A stretch of 64,000 bases of DNA from the NCBI RefSeq assembly GCF_009914755.1, contig NC_060933.1, one strand, 5' to 3'. Positions 12,856-27,300 of this stretch are shown one piece after another; positions within the stretch are counted from its first letter, which is position 1; each line of letters begins with the position of its first letter. Made by a program: the position numbers and the translations under genes. The stretch comes from the human T2T-CHM13v2.0 reference genome, Homo sapiens. The notes under the pieces were generated by a model that did not search any database, was not told the DNA's origin, and saw nothing but the letters and a program-made list of their open reading frames with translations.

Positions 12856-15800
12856 GGCATGTAGTTCTCCACTCTTTGTTCTAAATAAATCAGTCCCGTC
12901 AAGCAGAGTTGTAGAGCATTTTGCCCCTATTGTCTGCCTTTGTACATGGTCAGAACCCCTGAGCTGCTGCACTAGGTATAAGGACAGGGACTTGCTTGTC
13001 CACAGTGACCCTTTCCCCGCTACCGTATCTGTGTGCGAGGGGAGGTGGCAACCACTGTTATTTTTACATAGAATCTCCATTTTATGAGTGAGCTGTGGTG
13101 TGGTGGTTGAGGCCCCAGTTTTCTTGGCCTCTTGCTCCTGGGGTAGAGCTTCCGCCCTAAGAGTAGGGGCTAGTTGAGAAAGGGACCTTCTCCTCTTGAC
13201 TGTACCAGCCAAAGAAGAATTTCTGAAACATGGGGCTAAGGGATATGAGAAACACTAGCAGCCTGCATGGGATGGAACTATAGCCCTAGACTGGAAGCTA
13301 GGGGAGAGGGCACATAATGAGTGAGTCCTGGCTCAAAACCAACAGACTCTTGCAGTTCTTACTGAGATTTAGTATATTTTCTTCAATGAATATTTCTCTG
13401 CTTGCTTATGCCCCTGGGACAATTTGCAGAAACTTTCAGGAATTACTTTTTAGAATTTTCACTAGTTAAATTGTTTTTTTGCTGAGGAGTGGGTCTCCTG
13501 AGCTAATTCACCATTGTGGATTCTCTGCCTCCTCCATTCACATTTAAGTTCAGATATTTGAGTAACGCTGATAAAATGAAACTTACACATTTCATTCATC
13601 ATTGCTTTTTGGATTTTAAAAGAGTCTCTCTTTTTATTTTTTTCACATTTTTTGATGCATGCAGCCCAAGGGTTTGTTATTTTAAAAAATTGATTTATTT
13701 ATCTTAAACATTTTTCTAGCTGTTTTGAGGAATAACTGACAAAGAAAAATTGTATGTACTTAAGGAATGCAATGTAATGTTTTGATTATATCTACATTGT
13801 GAAATGATAAACCCTATCAAGCTAATTAACATATCTATCGCCTCACATAGTTATTTTGTGTATGTGTGGTGAGAACATTAAGATCTACTCTCTTAGAAAA
13901 TTTTAACTGTTTAATACAGTATTATTGACTGTAGTCACCATGCTGTACATTAGATTTCTAGAACTTAACACATCCTGCATACTTGATACTTTGTACCCTT
14001 TGACCAATTTCTCTCTATTTCCCCAACCCCCAAGTCTGGCAACCAATATTCTACCCTCTGCTTCTATGAGTTCAACTTTGTTAGATTCCACATGTAAGTG
14101 AGATCATGCAGTATTTGTCTTTCTGTGCTTGGCTTATTTCACTTAGCACAATGCTCTCCAGATTCATTCATGTTGTTGCAGATGGCACAGTTTTTAAAGG
14201 TGGAATAATATTTTGTTGTTTGTATATACATTTTCTTTATTCACCCATCTACAGACACTTGGATAGTTTCCATATCTTGGCCATTATGAATAATGCTGCA
14301 ATAAACATGGAGTGTAGATATCTCTTTGACATACTGATTTCATTTCCTTTGGATATATACCCAGAAGCAAGATTGCTGGATCCTATGGTAGTTCTATTTG
14401 TAGTATTTTGAGGAGTCTCTATACTGTTTTCCATAAGGGCTATACCAATTTACCTTATCATCAGTAGTGTATAAGGGCTTCTTTTTCTTTACATCCTTGC
14501 CAACACTTGTCATCTTTTATATTTTTGATAATACCCATTCTAAAGGGTATTAATTATCACCTTAGATGTGAGGTGACACTGCACTGTGGTATTCATTTGC
14601 ATTTCTCTGTTGATTAGTGGTGATGAGCATTTTTTATATACCTATTGACCATTTGTACGTCTTCTTTTGAGAAATGTCCATTCAGGCCCTTTGCTCATTT
14701 TAAAATCAAGTTGTTTTCTTGCTATTGAGTTATTTGAATTCTTTATGTATTTGTGATATTAACCTCTTATCAAATGTGTGGTTTCCAAGTATCTTTTCCC
14801 ATTTTATAGGTCGTCTCTTCATTCTGTTGATTGTTACCTTTGCTGTGCAGAAGCCTTTTAGTTTGATGCAATCTCATTTGCCTATTTTTGCTTTAGTTGC
14901 CCATGCTTTTGGGGTCATATCAAAAGAATCAATGCCAAGACCAGTGTCAAAATATTTTTACATATGTTTTCTTCTAGTGGTTTTACAGTTTCAGGTCTAA
15001 TGTTTTAATATATTTTGAAATCAGATAGTGTGACGCCTCTAGCTTTCCTTTTCTTGCTTAAGATGGCTTTGTTGATTCTGGGTCTTTTGTGATTTCATAT
15101 CAGTTTTAGGATTTTTTTTCTATTTCTGTGAAAAATGCCATTGGGATTTTGATAGAGATTGCGTTGAATCTGTGGATCACTTTAGATAATATGGACATTT
15201 TAACAATATTGATTCTTTCAATCCATGAACATGGATAACTTTCCATTTATTTGTCTTCTTCAATTTCTTTAATCAATATCTTATAGTTTTCAAGGTATAG
15301 ATCTTTCACCTCCTTGGTTATATTTATTCCTAAGTGTTTTATTTTTTGATGCTATTAATAAATGTGATATATTGGGATATATCACAATATATAAATGGGA
15401 TATTTTCTTAATTTCTTTTTGGGATAGTTTATTTTTAGTGTATAGAAATGCAACTGATTTTTGTATGCTAACTTTGTATCTTACTGAATTTATTAGTTCT
15501 AACAGTTTTTGTGTGGAGTCTTTAGGGTTTTCTGTATATAAGGTCATGTCATCTGCAAACAGAGACCGTTTTACTTCTTCTTTTCCAAGTTAGAGTTCCT
15601 TTTGTTTCTTTTCCTTCTCTGATTCTCTCATTAGTACTTTTAGTACTATGTTGAATAAGGGTGTTGAGAGCAGGTGGGCATCCTTGTCTTATTCCTGATC
15701 TTAGAGGAAAAGCTTTGAGCTTTTCACTGTGGAGCATGATATTAGTTGTGGATTTGTCATATATGACCTTTATTATGTTGAAGTACCTTCTTTCTATACC

Positions 15801-16123
15801 TAATTTGTTGTGAGTTTTTTTTTCATAAAAAGATTTTGGATTTTGTTAAATGTCTTTTCTGCATCTATTGAGATGGTCGTGTCATTATTGTGGTATATCA
15901 CATTTATTAATTTGTGTACGTCGAACCATCTTTGTATCCCAAGGATAAACTCCACTTGATCATGATATATGATCCTTTAATTGTGCTGTTGAATTTAACT
16001 TGCTAGTATTTTGTTAAAGGTTTTTGCATCTGAGTTCATGAAGGATATTGGCCTGTATTTGTCTATTCTTGTAGTGTCTTTGTCTGGCTCTGGTGTCAGG
16101 GTAATGCAGGCCTCATAAAATGA

Positions 16124-16650
<527 letters not shown>

Positions 16651-16779
16651 ATAAGTTGTATGTTTCTATGAATTTATTCATTTCTTCTAAATTATCCACT
16701 TTATTGGCATATAATTGTTTTAGTAGTCTGTTACGCTCTTTTGTATTTCTGTATGTCAGTTACAATGCCTCCTCTTTCA

Positions 16780-17080
<301 letters not shown>

Positions 17081-18537
17081 TCCTCTTTCATTTATAATTT
17101 TGAGTCCTTTCTCTTTTATCTTAGTTTAGCTAGAGGTTGTCTCAATTTTGTTTGTATTTTCAAAAAGATCAAGTCTTAGTTTCATTAATCTTTTCTATTT
17201 TTCTAGTCTCTGTTTCTGCTCTTTTCTTTTATTATTTCCTTCCTTCTATAAACTTTGGGCTCAGTTTTTTCCTCTTCTTCTTGTTACCTGGAGAGTATTG
17301 TTAGGCTGTTTATTTGAGATCTCTCTTTTTTCTCAATGTAGATACTTATTATTATAAATTTCCCTCTTAGAACTGTTTTTGCTGGATCTCCTAAGTTCGG
17401 TATCTTGTATTTCCATTTTTATTTGTTTCAAGATATTTTTCCTTATTTCTTTTTTTGATTTTTCATTTGATCTACTGGTTGTTTAGAAGTTTGTTTAATT
17501 TTCACATTTTGTGAAATTTTCCAATTTTACTACTGTTATTGATTTCTAAATTGCATACTGTTGTGGTTGGGAAAGATACTTGATATGATTTCAATTTTCT
17601 TAAATTTGTTAAGAATTGTTTTGTGGGGTAACATATAACCTATCCTGGAGAATGACTCATGTATGCTTGAAAAGAATGTGTATTCTGTTGTTGTTGGATG
17701 CAATGTTTAGCATATATCGTTTAGGATCATTTAGTCTGTAGTGTTCAAGTCTGCTGTTTCCTTACTGATTTTTTTGCTTGGGCAATCTATCCATTGTTGA
17801 AAGTGGGATATTGAAGTTTCCTACTATTATTGTATTCCTGCCTATGTATCCCTTCAGTTTTATTAATATTTGCTTTATTTACCTAGGTGGTTTGATGTTG
17901 GGTGCATATATGTTTATTATTGTTACATCTTCTTGATGAATTGACCCCTTTATCATTGTATAATGGCCTTCTTTGTTTGTTGTGACAGTTTTTGACTTAA
18001 AGTTTATTTTGCATATTAAGTATAGTTACCCTGGCTCTCTTTTGGTTACCATTTGCATTTTTCCCATTTCTTCACTTTTATCCTATGCATGTCATTAATA
18101 CTAATGTGAATCTGTTGTAGACTCTCATTAGTTGAATCTTTTCATTTTTTTAACCATTCAATCACTTTATGTCTTTTAATTGGAGAATTTAATTGATTTA
18201 CATTTAAAGTAATTATCGATAGGTAAAGACCTGCCGTTGCCATTTTGTTAATTGTTTTCTGACTATTTTGTAGATTCTTTGTGCCTTTCTTCCTGTCTTG
18301 CTATTTTCTTTTGTGATTTGACAGTTTTTTATAGTGTTATGATTTGATACCTTTCTCTCTGCTTTTAGTGTACCTACTGTAGATATTTTCTTTGTGGTTA
18401 CCATGAATTGTACATAAAACAACTCATAGTTATAGCAGTCTATTTTAAGCTGATAACAACTTCAACTGCATATGAAATCTCTACACTAACTTTTTCTCTC
18501 CCTGCATTTTATATTATTGATATCACAATTTACAATC

Positions 18538-18831
18538 TTTTTTTTTTTTTTTGACGGAGTCTTTCTCTGTCACTCAGGAGGGAGTGCAGTGGCTCAATCT
18601 TGGCTCATTGCAAGCTCCACCTCCCAGGTTCATGCCATTTTCCTGCCTCAGCCTCCTGAGTAGCTGGGACTACAGGCACCCACCACCACGCCCGGCTAAT
18701 TTTTTGTATTTTTAGTAGAGATGGGGTTTCACTGTGTTATCCGGGATGGTCTTGATCTCCTGACCTCATGATCCACCCGCCTCAGCCTCCCAAAGTGCTG
18801 GGATTACAGGCGTGAGCCACCGCGCCTGGCC
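18538..18831 (-). mobile_element. AluY-like element inside L1
   Basis: Full dimer; TSD caatttaca(a)tctttt. Confidence 0.95.
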
Positions 18832-18989
18832 CAATTTACATCTTTTTATACTGTGTATTGCTTAACAAATTTTTGTAGCTGTAGTTATTTTAATATTTTT
18901 GTCTTTTAACCTTTATCCTAAAGTTAAAAGTGATTTAGGCACCACCCTTAAAATATTAGAGTATTCTGAATTTGACTATATTCTTACCT

Positions 18990-19285
18990 TTTTTTTTCTT
19001 TTGAGACAAGGTCTGTTCTGCTGTCCAGGCTGGAGTATAATGATGTGATCACAGCTCACTCCAGCCTCCAGCTCCTAGGCTCAAGCAATACTTCTGCCTC
19101 AGCCTCCTGAGTAGCCAGTACTACTGGTACACATTATATGGCCCAGATAAGTTTTAAATCTTTTTTGTAGAGACCGGATCTTGCTTTGTTGCTCAGGCTG
19201 GTCTTGAAGTCCTAGCTTGAAGCAATTCTCCCGCCTCAGCTTCTCAAAGTGCTGGGATTATACACATGAGCCACTGTACCTGGTC
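18990..19285 (-). mobile_element. AluJ inside L1
   Basis: Diverged dimer (gtgatcacagctcact, ggctcaagcaat); TSD ctatatt(c/t)ttacctt. Confidence 0.9.
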
Positions 19286-21229
19286 TATATTTTTACCTTT
19301 ACAGATAATTTTGTACTTTTGTATGTTTTCATGTTGTTAGTATTCTTTCACTTCAACTTGAAGGACTTCTTTTAGCATTTCTTTAAGGCATTTTGAAACC
19401 ACAATTCCTTAAGGACCCCTGTTTTTATGGATCTGAGTGTCTGTTCTTAAGCAGTCAATCAGCATTCTAAAAGGCTGAGCAAGTAATGTTTTCTCTGGTC
19501 TTACATTTGAGATTATTGTCCATTTATTTTACTGCACTAGAATTAGACATCTGCCAATGATCCTATTTTAGAATAAATATTATATCTCTTAGTACTTTTT
19601 ACCCTTCTAATGAATACTTTCAAAATGTTTTATAAAAAGATGAGCCCATTTTATCCTTAAATGTGAGCTTTTTTAAAGAGATAAAGCTGCCCATGAACTT
19701 TGGGGAAGATTTGCAGATACCCGTGGTTAGTTTTGCCAGTGACTACAGAAGTGTTCTGGAGTTTCCCTCAGTTCTTGGATTGAGAGGGGTTTAGGATTAC
19801 AGAAGGTAATAGAAAAGGTAGTAGATGGAATTTTAGCAATTTTTGTTCTGGTTGTGTTACTGTACTCTCTCTATTGTCTTTCTCCAACCTGGGAATGTCT
19901 ATTTATTGAATAATTTCTATGTTCAAGATAGTCCATCCATATATATGTGCATCCTAGTATACTGTTTTATTTATTTAATCCTGAAAGTTAGCCAGGGAGG
20001 GAGGTGTTGCTTTTGCATTAAGAGAAGTTAGCTTGAGCATAGCCACACAGAGCACAAGTAGCAAAGCTATTTAAACTCGATGTCTTATTCCAAGTTGATG
20101 CTCTTTTCATTGTACTGCAGAGCATGAATGTGGGAGACAGTAACATCTGTGGGATGTAGGGGAGACAAATAGGAGGAGAAAGACTGCACAGGTTTTAGGA
20201 AATGAGGGCAAGGTAAGGTAAGCATGAGGCAGAGGAGAAAGGGTCTTTCCTTTTCTTTTCTTTTTGACATAAAATGTACCCCACTTAGGCTCCAAAATTT
20301 TAGTTTTCTAAATTCCCTGTAAGCAAATATTTAAATAGTTTACTAATACTTATATTTCTTTAGGTTAGGAAGATTAGGAAAATTTACCAGACTTAGGCTG
20401 GGCACGGTAGCATAAGTAAAATATACTATCTACCTCATTGTGTTGTTTGAAGATTAATATATGTAGATATATATATAAAGAAATTTGAGTTATTGCATGT
20501 ATAGAAATGAATGGTGCCTGGCACACTGTAAGTACTCAATAAATATTAACTATTATTTAAAATTAGAAAATTTGAATGGAACTTATTAATTTTCAACATC
20601 TGGAATTACCCACAAGGTATAGATGACTTAATTGTAGTTATAGAATGAAATTAAAATGTTAACAGTCTTATGAAAATGCATCTATCAGAAGCTGGGAGGC
20701 AAAAGAGGAAAGGACAGGTGGAAAAAAGAGTGGGAGTTTAACATAAAGTAGGGAGTCAAGGGATATGGTCTAAAATTAAAAAATAAGAAACAGAGGTTAT
20801 ATGAAAATGTATATATTTATAAAGGAAACAAATGAGAAATCATAATAGTATTATCAAAAAATTAGGAAGATGGGGAGAAATCAAGGTGGGAAATGCAGTA
20901 AAGGAGCTCAATCCTCATATCATCTGTTATCTGTCACACTAGGAAGAATACATGTACAAATAAATTTTCAAGGCAAAAACTCAAGAATTTTTGGTCTATA
21001 CATGTTTACTTAGAGATATAACAAGAAACATATAGGCTGCCTCTGCAGACAGGCTAGGATGGGAAAAGGTGAAACAATGAAATTTCTTTTATTATATTAG
21101 TTCTGTTACCTATTTACACATGACTTTAATAACTTTTCTTTTTTATAAAAGTAAGAGACAAAAAGATTCCCCAAACCAACTGTACTTTAGGTCAAAAATA
21201 TAGTGTTTTTCAAAAACTAAGTCTGGTAA

Positions 21230-21534
<305 letters not shown>

Positions 21535-21994
21535 GACAGCAACCATTTCTTTACTTCACAATTCCATGGGCCAAAAATTTGGTCTGGCCTTAACTGGGCA
21601 GTTGTTCAGGTCTTGGCTGTGCCCATTCCAGCATCTGCGTGTAGCTGGGCAGTTCTGCTTCTGGAAGGTAGGTGGACGTTGGTTGGGGTTAAGCAGGAAA
21701 ATGGGCCATGTGTGTCTTATCATCTAGCATGCTACTTTGGTCTGTTCACAAGGCTACTGTCAGGGTTTGAAGAAAGAGAGCAGAAGCGGGCCAGGCCTCT
21801 TGAGACCTGGGCTTGGAAATGAATGGCACACTGCTACTTTGGCTGCATTCCTTGGGTCAAAAGGACTCACAAAATTAGCCCAGATTCAAAAAGAAAGGAA
21901 GTAGACTCCATTCTTGTTATGAATAGTTATAAAGTTACATTGTTGTGGTGTGCTTTTACAGGAAGGTGGATTGTCATCTTTGCATTCTATCACA
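21535..21994 (-). mobile_element. MLT1 (MaLR) LTR, truncated at the Alu
   Basis: caggcctcttgagacctgggcttggaa, ctgcattccttgggtcaaa, gcccagattcaa, gtagactcca, terminal caca. Confidence 0.7.
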
Positions 21995-23063
21995 ATTCCC
22001 TTGACCATGGCACATATTGCCCCTTTATTATGTAAATATTACACTGGAGAGCCAATATGTGTTTATTCTATACAGTTCCAATATCATCACTCAGTATGAA
22101 GAAAATTAATAAAAAAGAGATCTATTTCAGACTTCATCAATTGTTCCAAAGTTAGATTTTATTTTACTTTTATATTAGGCCATTGCTTTTTTGAAAGTTT
22201 TTTTTCCTGGACATTATTATTGCCCTCTTGCTTTTTTGAGCAGAAATACGTGCTTACTTTACAATACCTATAATATTTTATGGCACTTTAGTTTCTTTAA
22301 TAAATATATTCCAATTTTTTTTCATAAAGTTATCCTGGATCTAAATGACTTTGGTTATAATTTGCACAGATTGCTTTGCAGGCTGTCATCCTGGGATTTC
22401 TTTTCGTGCATATTTTGGTTTGTTGCACAGTTCTTTGTATCTTACATCTTTTCTTGATTTTTACCATTGTTTTGCTGGGGGATAGCTTTACCATCTTCTG
22501 CAGAATGTAAGTAAATTTTCTGAGGTTTCGAGTGTCAGAAAATAGATTTATTTTCCTTCTATGTTTACCAAAAATTTGTCTGGATATAGAATTCCAGGAT
22601 CAGAATATCTTCCTTCAGCATTTAAAAAATCTTGCACAACCATCTTCGAGTTTTTACCACTTCTAATGAAAAATTTGAAAGAGCATGACTTTCTTGTTCC
22701 TTTGTAGATTCTGTATTTTGTTTATTCTCTTTCTAAGATGTAGGATTTCTCTATCATTTTGCTTTGAAATTTCACAAAAATGTCTTTAAGCATGGATTTT
22801 CTGTTGATATTTCTTGGATCCTTTTAAAGTTTCTGTCTCTCAAGCTCTGGGAAATTTTCTTTTATTGCTTTAATAGTAATCTTCCCTTCCTTTTCTCTAT
22901 TCTTACTAGAATTTCTGTTAATTAGATATTTTACTTCTTAGGTTGATTCTCTCTCTGTTTTTCTTTCTTTCTCTCTCACTCTCCCTCCTCTTTTTCATTC
23001 TCTCTCATTCCACATCCTGGAAGATTTCCTCAGCTTTACTTTTTAAACTTCTGATTGAATTTT

Positions 23064-23414
23064 AAAAATCTTGTTACACATTCAGGGAGTATATGTGCAA
23101 ATTTTTTGCATGGATATGTTGTGTAATGGTCAGGTTTGGGCTGCTAGTATACACATCACCCAAGCAGTGAATGTTGTTCCCAATAGGTAAGTTTTCAATC
23201 CTTTTCCCCCTTTCTCCTTCCCCCTTTGGAGCCCCCAGTGTCTATGATTTCCATCTTTATGTCCATGTGCATCCATTGTTTATCTCTCACTTATAAGTGA
23301 GAACATGCAGTATTTGATTTTGTGTTTCTGAGTTAATTCAGTTAGGATGATGGCCTTCAGCTCCATCCATGTTGCTGTAAAAGACATGATTTCATTCTTT
23401 TTTATGGCTGCATG
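23064..23414 (-). mobile_element. 5'-truncated L1PB/old L1PA 3' end, nested in older L1 sequence
   Basis: cacttataagtgagaacatgcagtatttg...ttcattcttttttatggctgcat; short TSD ttgaatttta. Confidence 0.85.
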
Positions 23415-24482
23415 GTTGAATTTTAGATTTTTAAAATTATGCTTTTAATTTTTGTTTTTTGATTTTTAGATTTCTCTCCATACATTACTTTAAAAAAAGG
23501 AAAAAAAATCTTAACTTTATATTCTTTGCCCATGAGGAATATTCAGTCTTCTTTAATTGATCTTCTTTCACGTGTTAACATCTATGTTTGCTATATCTTC
23601 AGGTCTTTTCAGCTAATAGCTCTTGAAAAGAAAGGAAGATGCTGTTTATGGTTTAACATTTAGTGGGGTAGCAATGAAATACTCATATTGGATATTACTA
23701 CATTATCCAGATGTCACTATACTACAGAATATGGTAAGACTGTTATATTCTCCTCTCCCAGCTGTCCTTAGATTGTGTGATATATGGGACAGGAACTCTT
23801 ACCATACATGTATATAAATATGCTTAATTAACATAGACAGATTTCTTGTCAGTGGTTGGTATATTAATCTGGCAAATCCTCCTTCTCCCATCCTGCCAAA
23901 TTTTTGATCTTTTGAAAGTCTGCCAATCTAGTTTTTAATGGCTCTAAATATGGGGAACCCTTTATTTGGGCTTTCTTGAAACAGGTGCCTGCCTTCTTGC
24001 TGCTCTTGTAGTAAGTCTTTTGGGTTGTTCTATTTTTGCTCATCCCTGTTCAAAATTCTAGAAAGTTGCTCTCTTCCTCAGTGGATAGATTTGCTTGGTT
24101 TACTCTCAAACTCAGTTCATATTTTAATAAGCCCTTTTTGAATTCTCTGAGGGCCATGGTTTCATGTTGTCATCTTTTGTTTTTCCCCTGTGAATACATC
24201 CAGCTCTGTACCTTCACCATCAGCAGAAGTGTCCCCTAGACCCCCCTTGAGAGCTTTCACCCACACTTTTTCCTGTGTTACTTTTCCCTGTCCATGATGA
24301 GAGAGTGTTTTCTTTGCTGTTTATGGTAGCCTTTTGGAAACACACAGATTAGATAAATAAGACGAGACCTGAGAAATCATTTGGACTTTCACTTTATTTT
24401 TTTGGGGGGGAAATCAATATTCAGGATTTAATATATTTTTTTAAAAGTCTGAAGTATCTTATTCAATCAATTTTACCTGTGA

Positions 24483-24946
24483 ACATTCATTCATTTAAGA
24501 ATATACATTGAATCATTCTATGTGACAAACATTTGCTGGGGTATTTGGTGATCAGAGAACAGATGTGTATGCGATTCAGGTATTAATAAAATAATCACAC
24601 AAATAAATGTAAAATTACACAAGAACTATGAAGAGGAGGGAAAATGCCATGATAATTAATCATGGTCTTAGAGAGTGAGGAAGGGTAAAATAGACAAGAC
24701 TTAATGATTGGTTAAGTAATGTCAAGGTGGGAGGGAAAGAAAGGTATCAAGGTGTGAGAGAAAGAACAATGTCCAAAGTAATTTCAAGGATCAAGGCATG
24801 AGCAGATAGATGGACTTGGGTGGGTAACATTGGATCAGGGCCAAGTTTGACAGGAAGAAAGAAGATTATGTGTTGAATTCTGGACATGCCAAATTTGAAG
24901 AACTGTTTCAACATTTGAGTATAGGTATCATATAGACATTTAATTA
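24483..24946 (-). mobile_element. LINE-2 fragments
   Basis: cattcattcatt start; agacaagacttaatgattgg; tggacatgccaaatttga. Confidence 0.5.
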
Positions 24947-24948
24947 TA

Positions 24949-25092
24949 CAGTAGCTTCCCACTTATCTATGTGGGATCCGTTCCAAGACCCCCAGTAGGA
25001 TGCCTGAAACTGTAGAAAGTACTGAACTATATACATTCTGTTTTTCCTATACATATATACCTATGATAAAGTTTAACTTGTAGGCACAGTAA
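24949..25092 (+). mobile_element. MER44B (Tigger7-derived MITE), segment 1 with the left TIR
   Basis: TA followed by cagtagcttcccacttatct TIR, gttccaagacccccagt...atgcctgaaac, ctatgataaagtttaa, taggcacagtaa. Confidence 0.9.
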
Positions 25093-26529
25093 TGTGTCCA
25101 GAATTGGTGGGTTCTTGGTCTCACTGACTTCAAGAATGAAGCCGCGGACCCTCATGGTGAGTGTTATAGTTCTTAAAGGTGATGTGTCCAGAGTTTCTTC
25201 CTTCTGATATTCAGACGTGTTCGGAGTTTCTTCCTTCTGGTGGACTTGAGGTCTCACTGGCTTCAGGAGTGAAGCTGCAGACCTTCGCGGTGAGTGTTAC
25301 AGCTCTTAAGGCGGCACGTCTGGAGTTGTTTGTGCCTCCCGTCTGGAGTTGTTCGTTCCTCCTAGTGGGTTCATGGTCTCACTGGCCTCAGGAGTGAAGC
25401 TGCAGACCTTTGCAGTGAGTGTTACAGCTCATAAAGGCAGTGTGGACCCAAAGAGTGAATAGCAGCAAGATTTATTGCAAAGAGTGAAAGAACAAAGCTT
25501 CCAGTGTGGAAGGGGACCCAAGTGGGTTGCCACTGCTGGCTCGGGCAGCCTGCTTTTATTCCCTTATCTGGCCCCACCCACATCCTGCTGATTGGTCCAT
25601 TTTACAGAGAGCTGATTGGTCCGTTTTACAGAGAGCTGATTAGTACATTTTGACAGGGTGCTGATTGGTGTGTTTACAAACCTTGAGCTAGACACAGAGT
25701 GCTGATTGGTGTATTTACAATCCCTTAGCTAGACATAAAGGTTCTCCAAGTCCCCACCAGATTAGCTAGATACAGAGAGCTGATTGGTCCATTTTACAGA
25801 GAGCTGATTGGTCCGTTTTGACAGGGTGCTGATTGGTGTGTTTACAAACCTTGAGCTAGACACAGAGTGCTGATTGGTATATCTACAATCCCTTAGCTAG
25901 ACATAAAGGTTCTCCAAGTCCCCCCTAGACTCAGGAGCCCAGCTGGCTTCACCCAGTGGATCCTGCACCGGGGCCACAGGCGGAGCTGCCTGCCAGTCCC
26001 GTGCCATGTGCCTGCACTCCTCAGCCCTTGGGTGGTCAATGGGACCAGGCGCCGCAGAGCAGGGGGCGGTGCTCATTGGGGAGGCTCGGGCCACGCAGGA
26101 GCCCACGGTGGTTGGGGGAGGCAGCTGAGGCCCGGTGAGAATTTGAGCGCAGCGCTGGTGGGCTGGCACTGCTGGGGGAGCCGGTGCACCCTCTGCAGCT
26201 GCTGGCCTAGCTGCTAAGCCCCTGACTGCCTGGGGTTGGTGGTGCCAGCTGGCTGCTCCGAGTGCGGGGCTGCTGAGCCCACGCCACCCGGAACTCACGC
26301 TGGCCTGCAAGCGCCATGCACAGCCCTGGTTCCCACCCATGCCTCTCCCTCCACACATCTCTGCAAGCTGAGGGAGCCAGCTCCAGCCTCGGCCAGCCCA
26401 GAGAGGGCTCCCACAGTGCAGTGGCAGGCTGAAGGGCTCCTCAAGTGTGGCCAGAGTGGGCGCCGAAGCCGAGGAGGCACTGGGAGCGAGCGAGGGCTGC
26501 AAGGGCTGCCAGCATGCTGTCACCTCTCA
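25093..26529 (-). mobile_element. Solo ERV9 LTR12 (C/D/E-type), 1437 bp
   Basis: Minus strand starts TGAGAGGTGACAG and ends CCAATTCTGGACACA; 4-bp TSD GTAA (25089-25092, 26530-26533); CCAAT repeat array; GC-rich 5' part. Confidence 0.95.
25554..25880 (-). promoter_or_regulatory. LTR12 U3 promoter: NF-Y/CCAAT array plus AATAAAAG TATA-like box
   Basis: Eight gctgattgg (CCAATCAGC on minus) plus one variant between ~25587 and 25877; cttttatt at ~25553-25560. Confidence 0.75.
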
Positions 26530-26575
26530 GTAAGAGATTAACAACAGTGACTAATAATAAAATAGAACAATTATA
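26530..26575 (+). mobile_element. MER44B segment 2
   Basis: gtaagagattaacaacagtgactaataataaaatagaacaattata continues the MER44B consensus directly from segment 1. Confidence 0.9.
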
Positions 26576-26873
26576 GGCCAGGTGTGATGGCTCACTCCTG
26601 TAATCCCAGCACTTTGGGAGGCTGAGGCAGGTGGATCACGAGGTCAGGAGATAGAGACCATCCTGGCTAACATAGTGAAACCCCATCTCTACTAAAAATA
26701 CAAAAAATTAGCCGGGCGTGGTGGCAGGCACCTGTAGGCCCAGCTACTCAGGAGGCTGAGGCAGGAGAATGGCATGAACCTGGGAGGCAGAGCTTGCAAT
26801 GAGCCAAGATTGCGCCACTGCACTTCAGCCTGGGTGACAGAGCAAGACTCCATCAAAAAAAAAAAAAAAAAAA
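26576..26873 (+). mobile_element. AluY, left boundary of the SPATA31 block
   Basis: gaccatcctggctaac, gagaatggcatgaacc, gagcttgca; its immediate flanks do not match each other. Confidence 0.95.
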
Positions 26874-26909
26874 GATTGTAAATTGCGATATCAATAATAT
26901 AAAATAGGG

Positions 26910-27300
26910 TGACCTGGTCAGCGGGGATCTGAGCAGTGGGTGCCCATTCAGTGGGGCCTACTCACTAGGGTCATAGTCAGGGGCATCTGGTCACCTGGGG
27001 CCTGCTTAATAGGGGACTGGTAAGTGGCAGCCTGTTCCCTGGAGGCCTGGTCAGCGGGGCCTCATCTGTGGGGCCAGGCAATGGGATCATGATCGGTGGA
27101 AACTAATCAATGAGGCCTTGTCAGTAAGGACCTGGTCAGTGAGGCCCTGGTCTGTAAGGCCCTGGTCAGTAGGGCCCTGGTCATTGTGGGCCTGGCAGTG
27201 GGGGCCTGGTTAGTGGGGCATTGTCATGGGGTTTTAATCAGTGAGGGTGTGGTCAGGGAGGACCTGATGTCCAGGATCTGGTCAGCAAGTACCTGGTGCG
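26910..27300. repeat. Diverged G-rich minisatellite, ~13-14 bp unit (CCTGGTCAGTGGGG-like)
   Basis: Recurrent cctggtcagc/cctggtcagt/ctggtca units, clearest at 27115-27220. Confidence 0.8.

Noticed and set aside
25580-25925. Regularly spaced repeats resembling a CRISPR-like array (also 26910-27300 and 34783-34855)
   Set aside because: Eukaryotic LTR enhancer repeats and minisatellites; no unique spacers and no cas genes
25897-26523. 208-aa ORF and overlapping ORFs
   Set aside because: Lie entirely in the GC-rich part of LTR12; stop-poor by composition, with no recognisable protein
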